The position numbers were made by a program, and so were the translations under genes. A stretch of 41,132 nt of DNA from Myxococcota bacterium (lineage in GTDB: Bacteria; Myxococcota; SpSt-1050). This document shows positions 8,581 to 18,636 of the stretch, piece after piece. The stretch is from contig JBMFOP010000014.1 of the NCBI GenBank assembly GCA_049969675.1, positions 1 to 41,132 on the forward strand, written 5' to 3'. The number at the start of each line of letters is the position of its first letter. Position 1 is the stretch's first letter. Under the pieces are notes generated by a model. It did no database searches. It was given only the letters and a program-made list of their open reading frames with translations, and was not told the origin of the DNA.

Positions 8581-10806
8581 TCAGTACTTCTCTTCAACCT
8601 CTTCTGGTGCCCTTGTCCTGTAATTCTGGTCAATATAATCAATCAGGTCTAAAAGTGAATCTTCATAATTTCCAATAAACCTCTCATCTTTATCCCTGCT
8701 CTCAGCCCAGATATTGGAAACAGCATTCACATAAAATGAACCTCTGTTGCACTCTCTTACAAGGTCTGAATTCGGGATATCCCTCTCCCTACCATCAGGC
8801 CCAACACAGGACTGCATCCCGGATATAGAAGAACCTGTACAGCCACATTCAACATCATCTGTCCTGATATTCCTATAACAGCACTTACCATCAGGGAAGA
8901 CAATAATGAATTTCGGTAGAGCCCCCTGAACCATATATGTCTGAAAGATGGTTCCTGCTCCACCCATATCACCAGGCTCCATCCCATATCCGTGCATCAG
9001 ATAGACCACCGGATATCTCTTCTCTTTATTCTCTTCATCGTTATATCCCGGTGGAAGGCTTATAGTATATCGCCTGTAACTCTTAAGAGATTTGCTATAA
9101 AACCACTTATTCTGAGTCAGTCCGGAGAGTGATGTCTCTACTGGCTTTCTATCCCATTTGGGGAATCTCTTTGAGGCAAATGCGAGGAATGTGAGGAATC
9201 TATTGATCGCCTGAGATGCTGTCCCGACATGAGCACCATCGCCATCCAGTATCTGTTTTCTGGTAGCCTCGGGGTTCCCATATCTCACAAGGACATATCT
9301 TCCAAAATTCTTTCTGGAGAAATCAATCTGAGGAATCCTATCCATATACTCTGACTCAGTTACACCGGGCAAAATCGCATTGGGCGTAGAAAAGAAGTCA
9401 TCATATACACGTGCATCCAGCCCCAGACTCTTCAATGCCCCGATAGGACCGATTGAATCCGCTGCTGACAGGAATATATCCCTTATACCTGCATCAATGT
9501 ATATATCCAGATTCTTAAGTTTATTGATATCTTCCTTTGCAATCTTCAATATATTCAGTCTCATATCATGTGCAAAGAAGTTCAGGGTATTTGGTGAATA
9601 ATCAAACTTTCCATTCCCCTCTCCATAATCTTCTGGTATTCCTTTATTTCTATCACCCTTTACACCATCCAGCCCAAAGTCATCAAATGGTTCACCCTCA
9701 TCATATAACCCATTCTTCTCGGTGCCACTAAAATTATTCCATACATCATAATTGTCATGGTTGGGATCTGGATTATTTGTTTTATCATATTTGCATCTGC
9801 TCCTATCACCTGTGCAACAACCCCCATTCCCATCCTCATCCTCGTCAAAGCAGCCATCAATCCCTGTATCCTTAAATCTCTCGTGAGAGTTAAATATCAC
9901 CGGCTCTCCATAATCCCTCATACCATTTTGATTGTAATCCACTGCCACTGCCACTACAAAAGGCTTATTATGGTTCGGATAATATGGATCATATTTACCT
10001 GCCTCCTCATAGTAAGTTGGGTCACTCTTACTGATAGGCTCCTCCCCATCACAGAAGGATATCAACGGATATTTGCACTCGGGATTGAACTCTATATTAC
10101 AATTATACGGCGGCTGGTCAATTATCAAGGGCTTACTGCAACGATCCGGTGAATCTTTCCATTTAAGATAATCCTCCACAGATATGCCCGCAGGTAAATA
10201 TGGAGTAGTCTCATTATAATAACCCGGATTCCCGAGCGCCATAGAAAGGTCCTGAAATAGTTGTATATATTCATCCCTATCAAAGGCGCCACCCGAATCA
10301 AAGAAGTACCAGTGATTAAAACACTGCTCCCACTCTATATAAACTCTGTCCACGGGATTGATTGGGGGTTTCTTTCCACAATATATATATGGGTTCTTCT
10401 TTGGATCATTGATATCATCAATATTGGAAAGTATCTGCTCCATCGGGCAGAAGCCTCCCATATGATATTTCTCCATATAATTCAGTAGATATACCCAATC
10501 TACATATCCACCAATTATGCCGATTATATCAAACAATTCTGGATGCCTGAGTCCAACCATCCCTGCACCTGATGCACCCATTGAGACTCCAGCGAATGCC
10601 CTGTATTTAAAGAGCCTTTTTACTACCACACCAGTATCTTCGGATAGATCCATCCCTCCATCTCCAGCATCATTTAAATTTACAATATCCCCAAACTGGC
10701 TCGCATCTCCCTCTGCATCCTGATATACAATCACATTATTCCCTGTGCATCCCCATACTGCAATAATCCCCACCAAAATTACAAAGAATAAAAAGAGATT
10801 TTTCAT
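8581..10806 (-). CDS. Lipoprotein, alpha/beta-hydrolase (esterase PF00756-like), apparently circularly permuted, with large Asp/Gly/Cys-rich insertion
   Basis: Lipobox VWGC20; GVSMG (Ser75), IYIDAGIRD (Asp443), GAH (His526); C-terminal LPPGY...RYPVVYLMHGYG...IIVFPDG...YIDQNYRT; GGAGG RBS. Confidence 0.8.
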   Translation of the reverse strand: MKNLFLFFVILVGIIAVWGCTGNNVIVYQDAEGDASQFGDIVNLNDAGDGGMDLSEDTGVVVKRLFKYRAFAGVSMGASGAGMVGLRHPELFDIIGIIGGYVDWVYLLNYMEKYHMGGFCPMEQILSNIDDINDPKKNPYIYCGKKPPINPVDRVYIEWEQCFNHWYFFDSGGAFDRDEYIQLFQDLSMALGNPGYYNETTPYLPAGISVEDYLKWKDSPDRCSKPLIIDQPPYNCNIEFNPECKYPLISFCDGEEPISKSDPTYYEEAGKYDPYYPNHNKPFVVAVAVDYNQNGMRDYGEPVIFNSHERFKDTGIDGCFDEDEDGNGGCCTGDRSRCKYDKTNNPDPNHDNYDVWNNFSGTEKNGLYDEGEPFDDFGLDGVKGDRNKGIPEDYGEGNGKFDYSPNTLNFFAHDMRLNILKIAKEDINKLKNLDIYIDAGIRDIFLSAADSIGPIGALKSLGLDARVYDDFFSTPNAILPGVTESEYMDRIPQIDFSRKNFGRYVLVRYGNPEATRKQILDGDGAHVGTASQAINRFLTFLAFASKRFPKWDRKPVETSLSGLTQNKWFYSKSLKSYRRYTISLPPGYNDEENKEKRYPVVYLMHGYGMEPGDMGGAGTIFQTYMVQGALPKFIIVFPDGKCCYRNIRTDDVECGCTGSSISGMQSCVGPDGRERDIPNSDLVRECNRGSFYVNAVSNIWAESRDKDERFIGNYEDSLLDLIDYIDQNYRTRAPEEVEEKY

Positions 10807-10827
10807 CTTTCCTCCAATGACCTGTGA

Positions 10828-13458
10828 TTAAAAACTACTTTTGATTGTCCCCTTGTTACCATATATATCTTCTACCACAATTTCATAACTTCCGCTACCT
10901 TTATATGGGATTGAGATTATAGATGCCACCCTGCCACTATATTCCCCTTTTCCCGGTGTAACATTCATCTCCTCAGGCTGCCCATTATCCTTCTTCACTA
11001 TTACCTTTACTTTTTTATCAAACTCCAGCGGATAAGGCTCATTATATGCGACATAGAGTGAATGCAATCGGCTGCTCCCATCTTCGGGCTCTGGATAGCT
11101 GACCACAAATGAGATATTATTATTTCTGGTCTTAATATCCTCAATTAATAAATTCTCAAGTGCTGTAAAGTTGAATTCCTGCGAAAAGATCTCATAATTT
11201 GCCTTCTTTCCACCTTCATCAATATAGCCCCCATTTATCTTAAATCTATAGGTTCCGACCGGGAAGCTCACCTTCTCCTCCCATCTTGCCTGCCAGTCGG
11301 CATTATCTCTGTAATTTCCCAGAAATTCAACAACCATATGAAAGTGTGTATCAGTATAGGTAATCCCGCCCGCAACCTTTACATCCTCAAAGGTATCCCC
11401 ATTTTTCTTCTGAAGTGTAATTACTGGAGAATCCACTCCGGGATGACCACCATGCCATTTAATAAGTACAACCTTCTGTCTCGGGACATTCGCATCTGGA
11501 TTTACAAAGAATGAGGGCTTCTCTTTTGCCGCTACTGGAACTACAGGGGGCTCCTCCTCTTCCCACCACTCAGGTTTGATATTATTGGAATTGTCCTCCT
11601 TTTCCTTTGTAAGCAATTGAGAGGCAAGTTCTATTGACTGGCTTGCAATATATTCGCCATTTTTATATCCCCAGATGCTCATTGAGGATTCATAACCGCC
11701 ACGCAGCCATTCATCTTTCAGCAATATATACAGATGATGGTCCATAGAATAGCCGACTGTCATAACATCCTTCATCCCTTTCTTCCTGAGCTCTGAAACT
11801 ATATACTCTCCATATTGTGCAGAAGGTTCACCATTGACGGATGCGAGATATAGCCCTCCCAGATTCACTGCTGCAAGTCTCGTCTTGGTAAATTGATAGA
11901 CAGGCCTATTATAATTTAAAAAAGTAGCTTCAAGGAGACAACCGAGATCCCCATCTTTATATCCTCCCTCCTTATACTCTCCACAACACTGAAATGCACC
12001 CAGATAATATGGGACTGATTTACCATTTTCAATCTTATAAAACTCATTATCGTTGTAACCAAGATACTTTCTGCTGAATGGAATTCTCTTTGTTACCATC
12101 TCAAGCTCCACATCATCTCTGGTTTGAATAAGAGGGAGTTTTTCAAGTAGATATTTTGAGACAAAGTAACCAATTGCCTGAATCTGATGTATATCTTTAC
12201 GATTTACACCCTTCCCATCCGGGTTCTTCTCTCCTGCGGGCGATGTATTTCCACCATCACCATTCATAAATATTACAGGGATATGATAACCATTGAGTTC
12301 ACCGAGCACCTCTTCAGATATCATTTCTGCGGCAATTGGGGCATCTCCAGACATAAGTGTATCATTCATATGTGTCCCGTGTGAACCATATCTAATTATT
12401 ACAGCCAGAATCTTTCCATCCTTATCACCACCATCATATTCTATCTTGATTACCGCACTTCTTCTATCCTTAAAGGGCATAGATTCAGACCTTCTATTGT
12501 GAGTAATATAATCATCAGGGTCAAAATTCTCATCAGTAATATAGCCCATTCTTGCCGGCACCATATTTCTAATTGCCATCTCAATCGCATCCGCATGAGA
12601 CTTTACCAGCCTCTGCCATATCTCTTTATTGAATTTATCATGACCTAACACCCCCAATCCCATCTCAGGCAGAAGATGCCAGAATCTTGCCGGATATGAA
12701 TGCGAATGTGATGAGCTCATAAGAATTTTATCAATATAATTCTCCCCCAGTCTCTTCTCCAGCTCCTTGGCAATTCCAGAGACAAGATAGTCCTGAGACC
12801 AACCAAGTCCATTTCTTACATATACAATCCTCTCCACACCATTATCAAATGCAACTGCCTTAATAGTTGGTCTATCCCAGAATCCGGTCGTTCCACCCAA
12901 CTCTTTATTATAAGGAGTTTTGGGACCCTTTCTCGCTCCATATCCAGCCATAGATACACCAACAGGTGCATCCTCATATACCATCCCGTATCCTACTTTC
13001 AGGTTCTGCCTTGTCCCACCACCCTCATATGGCGACTTTGCCTCAATCTTAAAACTATATGGCTCGCACATCCCATTATTACACTGTGAATCTTCACTAC
13101 AATCCAGATCAGTCTCACAAATCCTTATCCATCTCTGTTTGTAGCAAATATAATACGGCCTGCATTCCTCACCATTATTATATGCACAGCCACAGAACTC
13201 ATCTCCAAGATTCTCACACCTGCACTTCTCCGTAGCCACACACTTGAAATCTACACAATCCTGCCTCTGATTGCAGTCGTCAACATATTTGCAACTTCTC
13301 TCCATTACATCCGAAGAGGCATCAGTATTTTCAACTGCATCCTCAGAGATATCTGAAGTTGATACATCTGTTGAGGCATCCAGAATAACCACCTCATTCT
13401 CTGTACAGGAAGTAGAGATGAGAAGAAAGATAAAGATTACAAAATATATCTTTTGCAT
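10828..13458 (-). CDS. Neutral/alkaline ceramidase-family lipoprotein with N-terminal Cys-rich region
   Basis: Lipobox ISTSC; MAGYGAR, SHSHS, GSHGT, GNTSP, GEP and GGYE match the ceramidase-fold metal and active-site motifs. Confidence 0.8.
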   Translation of the reverse strand: MQKIYFVIFIFLLISTSCTENEVVILDASTDVSTSDISEDAVENTDASSDVMERSCKYVDDCNQRQDCVDFKCVATEKCRCENLGDEFCGCAYNNGEECRPYYICYKQRWIRICETDLDCSEDSQCNNGMCEPYSFKIEAKSPYEGGGTRQNLKVGYGMVYEDAPVGVSMAGYGARKGPKTPYNKELGGTTGFWDRPTIKAVAFDNGVERIVYVRNGLGWSQDYLVSGIAKELEKRLGENYIDKILMSSSHSHSYPARFWHLLPEMGLGVLGHDKFNKEIWQRLVKSHADAIEMAIRNMVPARMGYITDENFDPDDYITHNRRSESMPFKDRRSAVIKIEYDGGDKDGKILAVIIRYGSHGTHMNDTLMSGDAPIAAEMISEEVLGELNGYHIPVIFMNGDGGNTSPAGEKNPDGKGVNRKDIHQIQAIGYFVSKYLLEKLPLIQTRDDVELEMVTKRIPFSRKYLGYNDNEFYKIENGKSVPYYLGAFQCCGEYKEGGYKDGDLGCLLEATFLNYNRPVYQFTKTRLAAVNLGGLYLASVNGEPSAQYGEYIVSELRKKGMKDVMTVGYSMDHHLYILLKDEWLRGGYESSMSIWGYKNGEYIASQSIELASQLLTKEKEDNSNNIKPEWWEEEEPPVVPVAAKEKPSFFVNPDANVPRQKVVLIKWHGGHPGVDSPVITLQKKNGDTFEDVKVAGGITYTDTHFHMVVEFLGNYRDNADWQARWEEKVSFPVGTYRFKINGGYIDEGGKKANYEIFSQEFNFTALENLLIEDIKTRNNNISFVVSYPEPEDGSSRLHSLYVAYNEPYPLEFDKKVKVIVKKDNGQPEEMNVTPGKGEYSGRVASIISIPYKGSGSYEIVVEDIYGNKGTIKSSF

Positions 13459-13647
13459 AATGACCTCCCAGTCAATTAATTTGCAATTTTACATTATCAA
13501 CCGACTCATTTCAATAAAATAATATCTGCTTTCGTAACCGCTCACTTTTGTTGAAACACTCTCCAAACAGCGGTTCTAATTGCTTTATGTCATTCTCATC
13601 CTGTATTAGATTAAATGGCCATATTAAACCACCAGGAATTTTTTAAT

Positions 13648-13676
13648 TTGACTTTTATTCTCATCAGGTTTATATT
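13648..13676 (+). promoter_or_regulatory. Putative sigma70 promoter of rpsO-pnp
   Basis: TTGACT-17 nt-TATATT, followed by an AGGAGG RBS at 13691-13696. Confidence 0.65.
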
Positions 13677-13706
13677 CAAAAGTCCTTTGAAGGAGGATTT
13701 AGTAAG

Positions 13707-13976
13707 ATGGAACTTGATGCGAGGCTAAAAAAAGAGATTATTGAAAAGTACAAGACGCATGAAAGAGATACCGGTTCCCCTGAAGTTCAGGTGGCGCTTT
13801 TGACCGAGAAGATCAAGAATCTCACAGAGCATTTCAAGGTTCATACCAAGGACTTTCATTCCAGAAGAGGACTCATAAAACTGGTCAGCAAGAGGAGAAA
13901 ACTTCTGGACTATCTGAGGCTCAAAGATTTTGAAAGATATCAGAAAGTAATATCAGAACTTGGAATTAGAAAGTAG
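13707..13976 (+). CDS. rpsO: 30S ribosomal protein S15
   Basis: [13 protein letters not shown]...[15 protein letters not shown]...RRKLLDYL; 89 aa. Confidence 0.99.
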   Translation: MELDARLKKEIIEKYKTHERDTGSPEVQVALLTEKIKNLTEHFKVHTKDFHSRRGLIKLVSKRRKLLDYLRLKDFERYQKVISELGIRK

Positions 13977-14067
13977 CCCTTATCTATTTCAATTATAAAG
14001 TGAGGCGGATTTTATTCTGTAAGATTCTGGTGTCTAATCAGACTAAAACGAAGGTTTAGAGGTATTT

Positions 14068-16167
14068 ATGTTTATTAAAAGAAGTGCAAAGTTTGGAGAA
14101 AAAGAGATAGTTTTTGAGATTGGGAAGATGGCAAAACAGGCAGACGGTGCGGTGCTGGTCTCAATGGGAGATACATCAGTATTGTGCACCGTTGTACTGG
14201 GCACAGAGTCAGAGGAGGCGATTGACTTTCTCCCACTCACAGTTGACTATATTGAAAAGACATCGGCGGCTGGAAAGATTCCGGGCGGATTCTTCAAAAG
14301 AGAAGGTAAGCCAACGGAGAGAGAGATACTCAACTCACGAATCATTGACAGGTCAATCAGACCGCTATTCCCAAAAGCCTTTAATAGGGAGATTCAGGTC
14401 ATTACAACTGTACTCTCAGCAGACCCTGAGTACGACCCGGATATTATCGCCCTGACAGGGACATCACTCGCACTTTTAATCTCAAACGCCCCATTTGAGA
14501 CCCCAATTGCCGGTATAAAGATAGGTTATAAAGATGGAACTTATCTGTATAACGTCGGTACTTCTATAATGCAAAATAGTCTAATTGACCTAACAGCCGC
14601 TCTCTCAAGAGACGCACTGGTTATGGTTGAAGGTGGGGCCAACATTGTAAATGAAGATATAATAGTAAATGGCCTCTTTGGGGCATTTGATGTTATAAAG
14701 GATGTAATCTCTCTTCAGGAGGATATCAGAAAGGAGATAGGCACTAATAAGTATTCATATCAACAGGCAGATGTCTCCAAATACAAAAGTATAATTGAGG
14801 AAAAATACAAAGAAAGGATTAAGGAGATTCTTCAGATTTCAGGTAAGAAGAGGAGAAATGAGGAATTTAAGAAATTCAAAGATATTGTGATTGAAGAACT
14901 AAAAGCGGAAGAGGTCATAAAAGAAGAGGAACCGATAAATGTAGAAGAGATTCTGGAAGATATCAAACGAAGCATAATTAGAGATATGATTATCAATGAA
15001 GGAAGAAGGATTGACCAGAGGGGCAAGAGCGACATAAGACCAATTACCTGTGAGGTAGGACTCTTCCCACGGACACACGGTTCTGCACTCTTTACAAGAG
15101 GAGAGACTCAGGCACTCGTGGTTACAACACTTGGAACGGCTGAGGATGAACAGAAGATTGAGGCATTGGGTGAGGAGAGCAGTAAGAGATTTATGCTTCA
15201 CTACAACTTCCCGCCATTCTCAACTGGTGAGGTCAAGTTTTTGAGATCCCCTTCGCGTCGTGAAATTGGGCATGGGAATCTGGCAGAGAGGGCTATTTCA
15301 AAGGTTATTCCATCAGAGGAGAAATTCCCATATACAATAAGGGTGCTCTCCGATATCCTTGAGTCAAATGGCTCGTCCTCTATGGCAACAGTCTGTGGTG
15401 CCACTCTATCATTGATGGATGCAGGAGTACCGATTCTGGCACCAGTTGCTGGAGTTGCTATGGGACTTATCAAAGAAAACGATAAGGTGGTTGTTCTTAC
15501 CGATATTCTTGGCGATGAAGACCACTGTGGAGATATGGATTTCAAGGTCGCCGGAACCAGAGAAGGCGTGACTTCAATTCAGATGGATATCAAGATAAAG
15601 GGCATTTCAAAGGAGATTATGACTGATGCATTAAGACAGGCAAAAGAGGCAAGACTAAAGATTCTGGATATTATGACTCAAACCATCTCAGCACCGAGAG
15701 AGGATATATCGCCCTATGCACCACGGATAACCGTAATCAATATCAAACCAGATAAGATAAGAGATGTTATAGGTAGCGGTGGGAAGGTAATAAGAGAGAT
15801 TATATCAAAGAGTGGTGTCATTGCTATTGATATTGATGATAACGGAGTCGTAAAAATAGCCGCAAACAATCAGGAGGCAGCCCAGAAGGCGGTAGCAATG
15901 ATAGAGAATCTCACTCAGGAGGTTGAGGTCGGCAAGGTCTATATAGGTAAGGTCAGCAAGGTCGTAGATTTTGGGGCATTTGTAACCCTGTTCCCGGGCA
16001 CAGATGGGCTTGTACATATCTCAGAATTGGCGGACACCAGAGTCAATAGAGTTACAGATATAGTAAAAGAAGGTGAAGAGATCCTTGTCAAGGTTATAGG
16101 AATAGATAAACAGGGGAAGATAAAGCTCTCAAGAAGAGAGGCATTAAATCATCACAGGAAAAAATGA
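14068..16167 (+). CDS. pnp: Polyribonucleotide nucleotidyltransferase (PNPase)
   Basis: GKIPGGFFKRE, FTRGETQ, RREIGHG, SNGSSSMA and GDMDFKVAG motifs, KH and S1 domains; follows rpsO. Confidence 0.99.
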   Translation: MFIKRSAKFGEKEIVFEIGKMAKQADGAVLVSMGDTSVLCTVVLGTESEEAIDFLPLTVDYIEKTSAAGKIPGGFFKREGKPTEREILNSRIIDRSIRPLFPKAFNREIQVITTVLSADPEYDPDIIALTGTSLALLISNAPFETPIAGIKIGYKDGTYLYNVGTSIMQNSLIDLTAALSRDALVMVEGGANIVNEDIIVNGLFGAFDVIKDVISLQEDIRKEIGTNKYSYQQADVSKYKSIIEEKYKERIKEILQISGKKRRNEEFKKFKDIVIEELKAEEVIKEEEPINVEEILEDIKRSIIRDMIINEGRRIDQRGKSDIRPITCEVGLFPRTHGSALFTRGETQALVVTTLGTAEDEQKIEALGEESSKRFMLHYNFPPFSTGEVKFLRSPSRREIGHGNLAERAISKVIPSEEKFPYTIRVLSDILESNGSSSMATVCGATLSLMDAGVPILAPVAGVAMGLIKENDKVVVLTDILGDEDHCGDMDFKVAGTREGVTSIQMDIKIKGISKEIMTDALRQAKEARLKILDIMTQTISAPREDISPYAPRITVINIKPDKIRDVIGSGGKVIREIISKSGVIAIDIDDNGVVKIAANNQEAAQKAVAMIENLTQEVEVGKVYIGKVSKVVDFGAFVTLFPGTDGLVHISELADTRVNRVTDIVKEGEEILVKVIGIDKQGKIKLSRREALNHHRKK

Positions 16168-17678
16168 GAATATTAAAACTTCTCTCCCTTCTGCTCTCCT
16201 TTCTCACTTTCTCAATTGAATCCCATTCTATTGACTGCACCCCACCAGACTGCACAAAATTGGAATTAAAAAAGGGTATAGTCTGGTATCATAAAATATA
16301 TTCAAATCTTCTGGGAGGTCCACAGGATATAAATATAGTTGATATAGATAACAATGACCCGCATATAATTATAAAACCAGTTTACAAATCATCTTCTTCG
16401 TGTGAAAAAATAAGCTCAATGGGAAAGAGGACATCTGCTATAGCCGGTATCAACGGTGGCTTTTTTGATGCAAATAACGGCTGTGCACCACTTGGGCTTT
16501 TGAAGATAGATAACAAGGTTATATCTTATGCGGTCTCTACCCGCCCTGCAAGGTCTGCTGTGGGGATACAGATAGATAAAACTATATTATTTAGAAGGAC
16601 TGATTACAAAGACTCATTTCCTGAGGCAATTCATGCGTTGGGAGGGATGCCGAACCTTGTAAAGGATGGTCAGAAATATGTCACAACTTCAGAGGAACAG
16701 GCAGACAGTATTGCTGGTGTAAATCCGAGGACGGCTATCTGTAAGACACCAAATAACCATTTTATGATGATTACGGTAGATGGGCGGGCAACAGGTAGGA
16801 CTGGGATGAGTCTGGATGGACTGGCACAATATCTCCTCTGGCTTGGCTGCTCAGATGGAATTAATCTGGATGGTGGTGGTTCTACCACTATGTGGATATC
16901 TAATAAAGGTGTAGTTAATAACCCTTCAGATGGAACAGAGAGATATGTCTCAAATGGGCTTTTTGTATTTTATTTAGACAATCTACCTCCATCAATAGAA
17001 CATACACCGATCTCTGAAAGTGAGAGAAAGGATATTACCATACTTGCAATGGTTACTGATGACTATGGAGTTAAAGCAGTAAATCTAAAATTTAAGAACA
17101 AAGACGATATAAATTTTATATCTCGTAATATGACAGACAGAGGGAATAACAACTTTGAGGCAATTATATATGCTGATGAGATAACAACAGAGAAGATCCA
17201 ATATTATATTGCAGCATGGGATGGAACACTCAGAACATTATTGCCTTCTGACGCGGAGAGTAACAATCATTACTTTGAAATAACCATCAAAGATACCGCA
17301 GATGCCGGATACGATATTATTGAGGTAAGAGATATCGGTGTAGCCAATGATACAGAAGATACCTATTTTGAATATGACTCTCAAGATACCGCAAATATTG
17401 ATTATACAACAATAGATGTAGATAGTGATATCGGATTAGATGACCGGATCATTTATGATTCGCATATTGAAGATAGTACACATGGAGATATGATCAATAT
17501 ATATGATGTATCTGATGGAGGAGAAACCCTTACAGACTCATTTGAGGTAAATGATTATTTTACATCTGATAAAATAAATCTATCTGATACAAAGACTCGG
17601 GATATCGGAGAGACAGACGATTTATCCTCTGATACTGAAGAGAGTCATTCGGGCTGTGCCTGTAATATGGTAGAATAG
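16164..17678 (+). CDS. Secreted phosphodiester glycosidase (NAGPA/DUF2233) family protein with Ig-like domain, Asp-rich stalk and C-terminal GCAC motif
   Basis: Signal peptide; GINGGFF, NPRTAI, VDGR and NLDGGGST motifs; acidic low-complexity tail ending SGCACNMVE; ATGA overlap with pnp. Confidence 0.85.
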   Translation: MRILKLLSLLLSFLTFSIESHSIDCTPPDCTKLELKKGIVWYHKIYSNLLGGPQDINIVDIDNNDPHIIIKPVYKSSSSCEKISSMGKRTSAIAGINGGFFDANNGCAPLGLLKIDNKVISYAVSTRPARSAVGIQIDKTILFRRTDYKDSFPEAIHALGGMPNLVKDGQKYVTTSEEQADSIAGVNPRTAICKTPNNHFMMITVDGRATGRTGMSLDGLAQYLLWLGCSDGINLDGGGSTTMWISNKGVVNNPSDGTERYVSNGLFVFYLDNLPPSIEHTPISESERKDITILAMVTDDYGVKAVNLKFKNKDDINFISRNMTDRGNNNFEAIIYADEITTEKIQYYIAAWDGTLRTLLPSDAESNNHYFEITIKDTADAGYDIIEVRDIGVANDTEDTYFEYDSQDTANIDYTTIDVDSDIGLDDRIIYDSHIEDSTHGDMINIYDVSDGGETLTDSFEVNDYFTSDKINLSDTKTRDIGETDDLSSDTEESHSGCACNMVE

Positions 17679-17691
17679 AAAAGGAGTCTTT

Positions 17692-18636
17692 ATGTTTTAT
17701 AGACTGACCGAAGGTTATTTTAATTCATTTGATGGTACAAAGATTTATTACAACTTTGCGGGTAGAGGGAGGCCCCTTGTATGCTGTGATGGGATTGCCT
17801 GTGATATGTATGCCTGGAAATATATCTTTGAACACTTTGTCCCCAATTATAGAGTTGTCAGATGGAATTATAGGGGCCATGGAAGGTCAGAGAAGCCAGC
17901 GGATTTTAATAATCTAAAGATTGAGGATCTGGTAGAGGACCTCAAAATCCTTCTGGATACACTAAAAATAAAGAAGGCAGTCCTGCTCGGACATTCAATG
18001 GGGACACAGGTGATTTTTGAGTTCTGGCATAGATATCCGGATAGGGTACTTGCACTTATACCTATATGTGGCAGTTTTGAATATCCACTCAGGACATTTC
18101 ACAACAGTGATATCCTTGAGAAGTTCGTTCCTCATCTCGCCAGGCTCTATGAAAAACACGAAGAGATTTTCAGAACAATCTGGTATCAGGTACTCCCAAC
18201 CAGATTCTCATTCTGGCTCTCGGTACTGGTGGAGATAAATTACTTCCTTGTGAAGATGGAAGACTTTATGCCGTATCTGGAACATCTTGCGAAGATGGAC
18301 CTAAAACTATTCTTTACTATGCTTCAGAATGCCAACAGACATTCAGCGAGAGATTACCTGAGAAATATTGATGTCCCTGTGTTGATATTTGGGGGAGAGA
18401 AGGATAAATTTACTCCAGCGTGGCTTTCCAAACAGATGCATAATATGATACCTACTTCTGAGCTACAGATGTTACCTCTTGGAACTCACACCTCACCTAT
18501 TGAACACCCAGACCTTATATGTCTGAGGATTGAAAAATTTCTAAAAGAGAGGCTCAAAAGAGGAAGGAAGAAAGTAATAAGGGGAAAGGAAGAGAAGAAG
18601 ACATCAGAAGATATGCCAGCCCCTGGGGATAAATAA
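17692..18636 (+). CDS. Alpha/beta hydrolase
   Basis: [14 protein letters not shown] nucleophile, GEKDKFTP and GTH; AAGGAG RBS. Confidence 0.9.
   Translation: MFYRLTEGYFNSFDGTKIYYNFAGRGRPLVCCDGIACDMYAWKYIFEHFVPNYRVVRWNYRGHGRSEKPADFNNLKIEDLVEDLKILLDTLKIKKAVLLGHSMGTQVIFEFWHRYPDRVLALIPICGSFEYPLRTFHNSDILEKFVPHLARLYEKHEEIFRTIWYQVLPTRFSFWLSVLVEINYFLVKMEDFMPYLEHLAKMDLKLFFTMLQNANRHSARDYLRNIDVPVLIFGGEKDKFTPAWLSKQMHNMIPTSELQMLPLGTHTSPIEHPDLICLRIEKFLKERLKRGRKKVIRGKEEKKTSEDMPAPGDK

Noticed and set aside
13536..13575. AACCGCT...AGCGGTT inverted repeat upstream of the ceramidase operon
   Set aside because: Only a 7-bp stem, with no riboswitch or attC consensus I can recognise.
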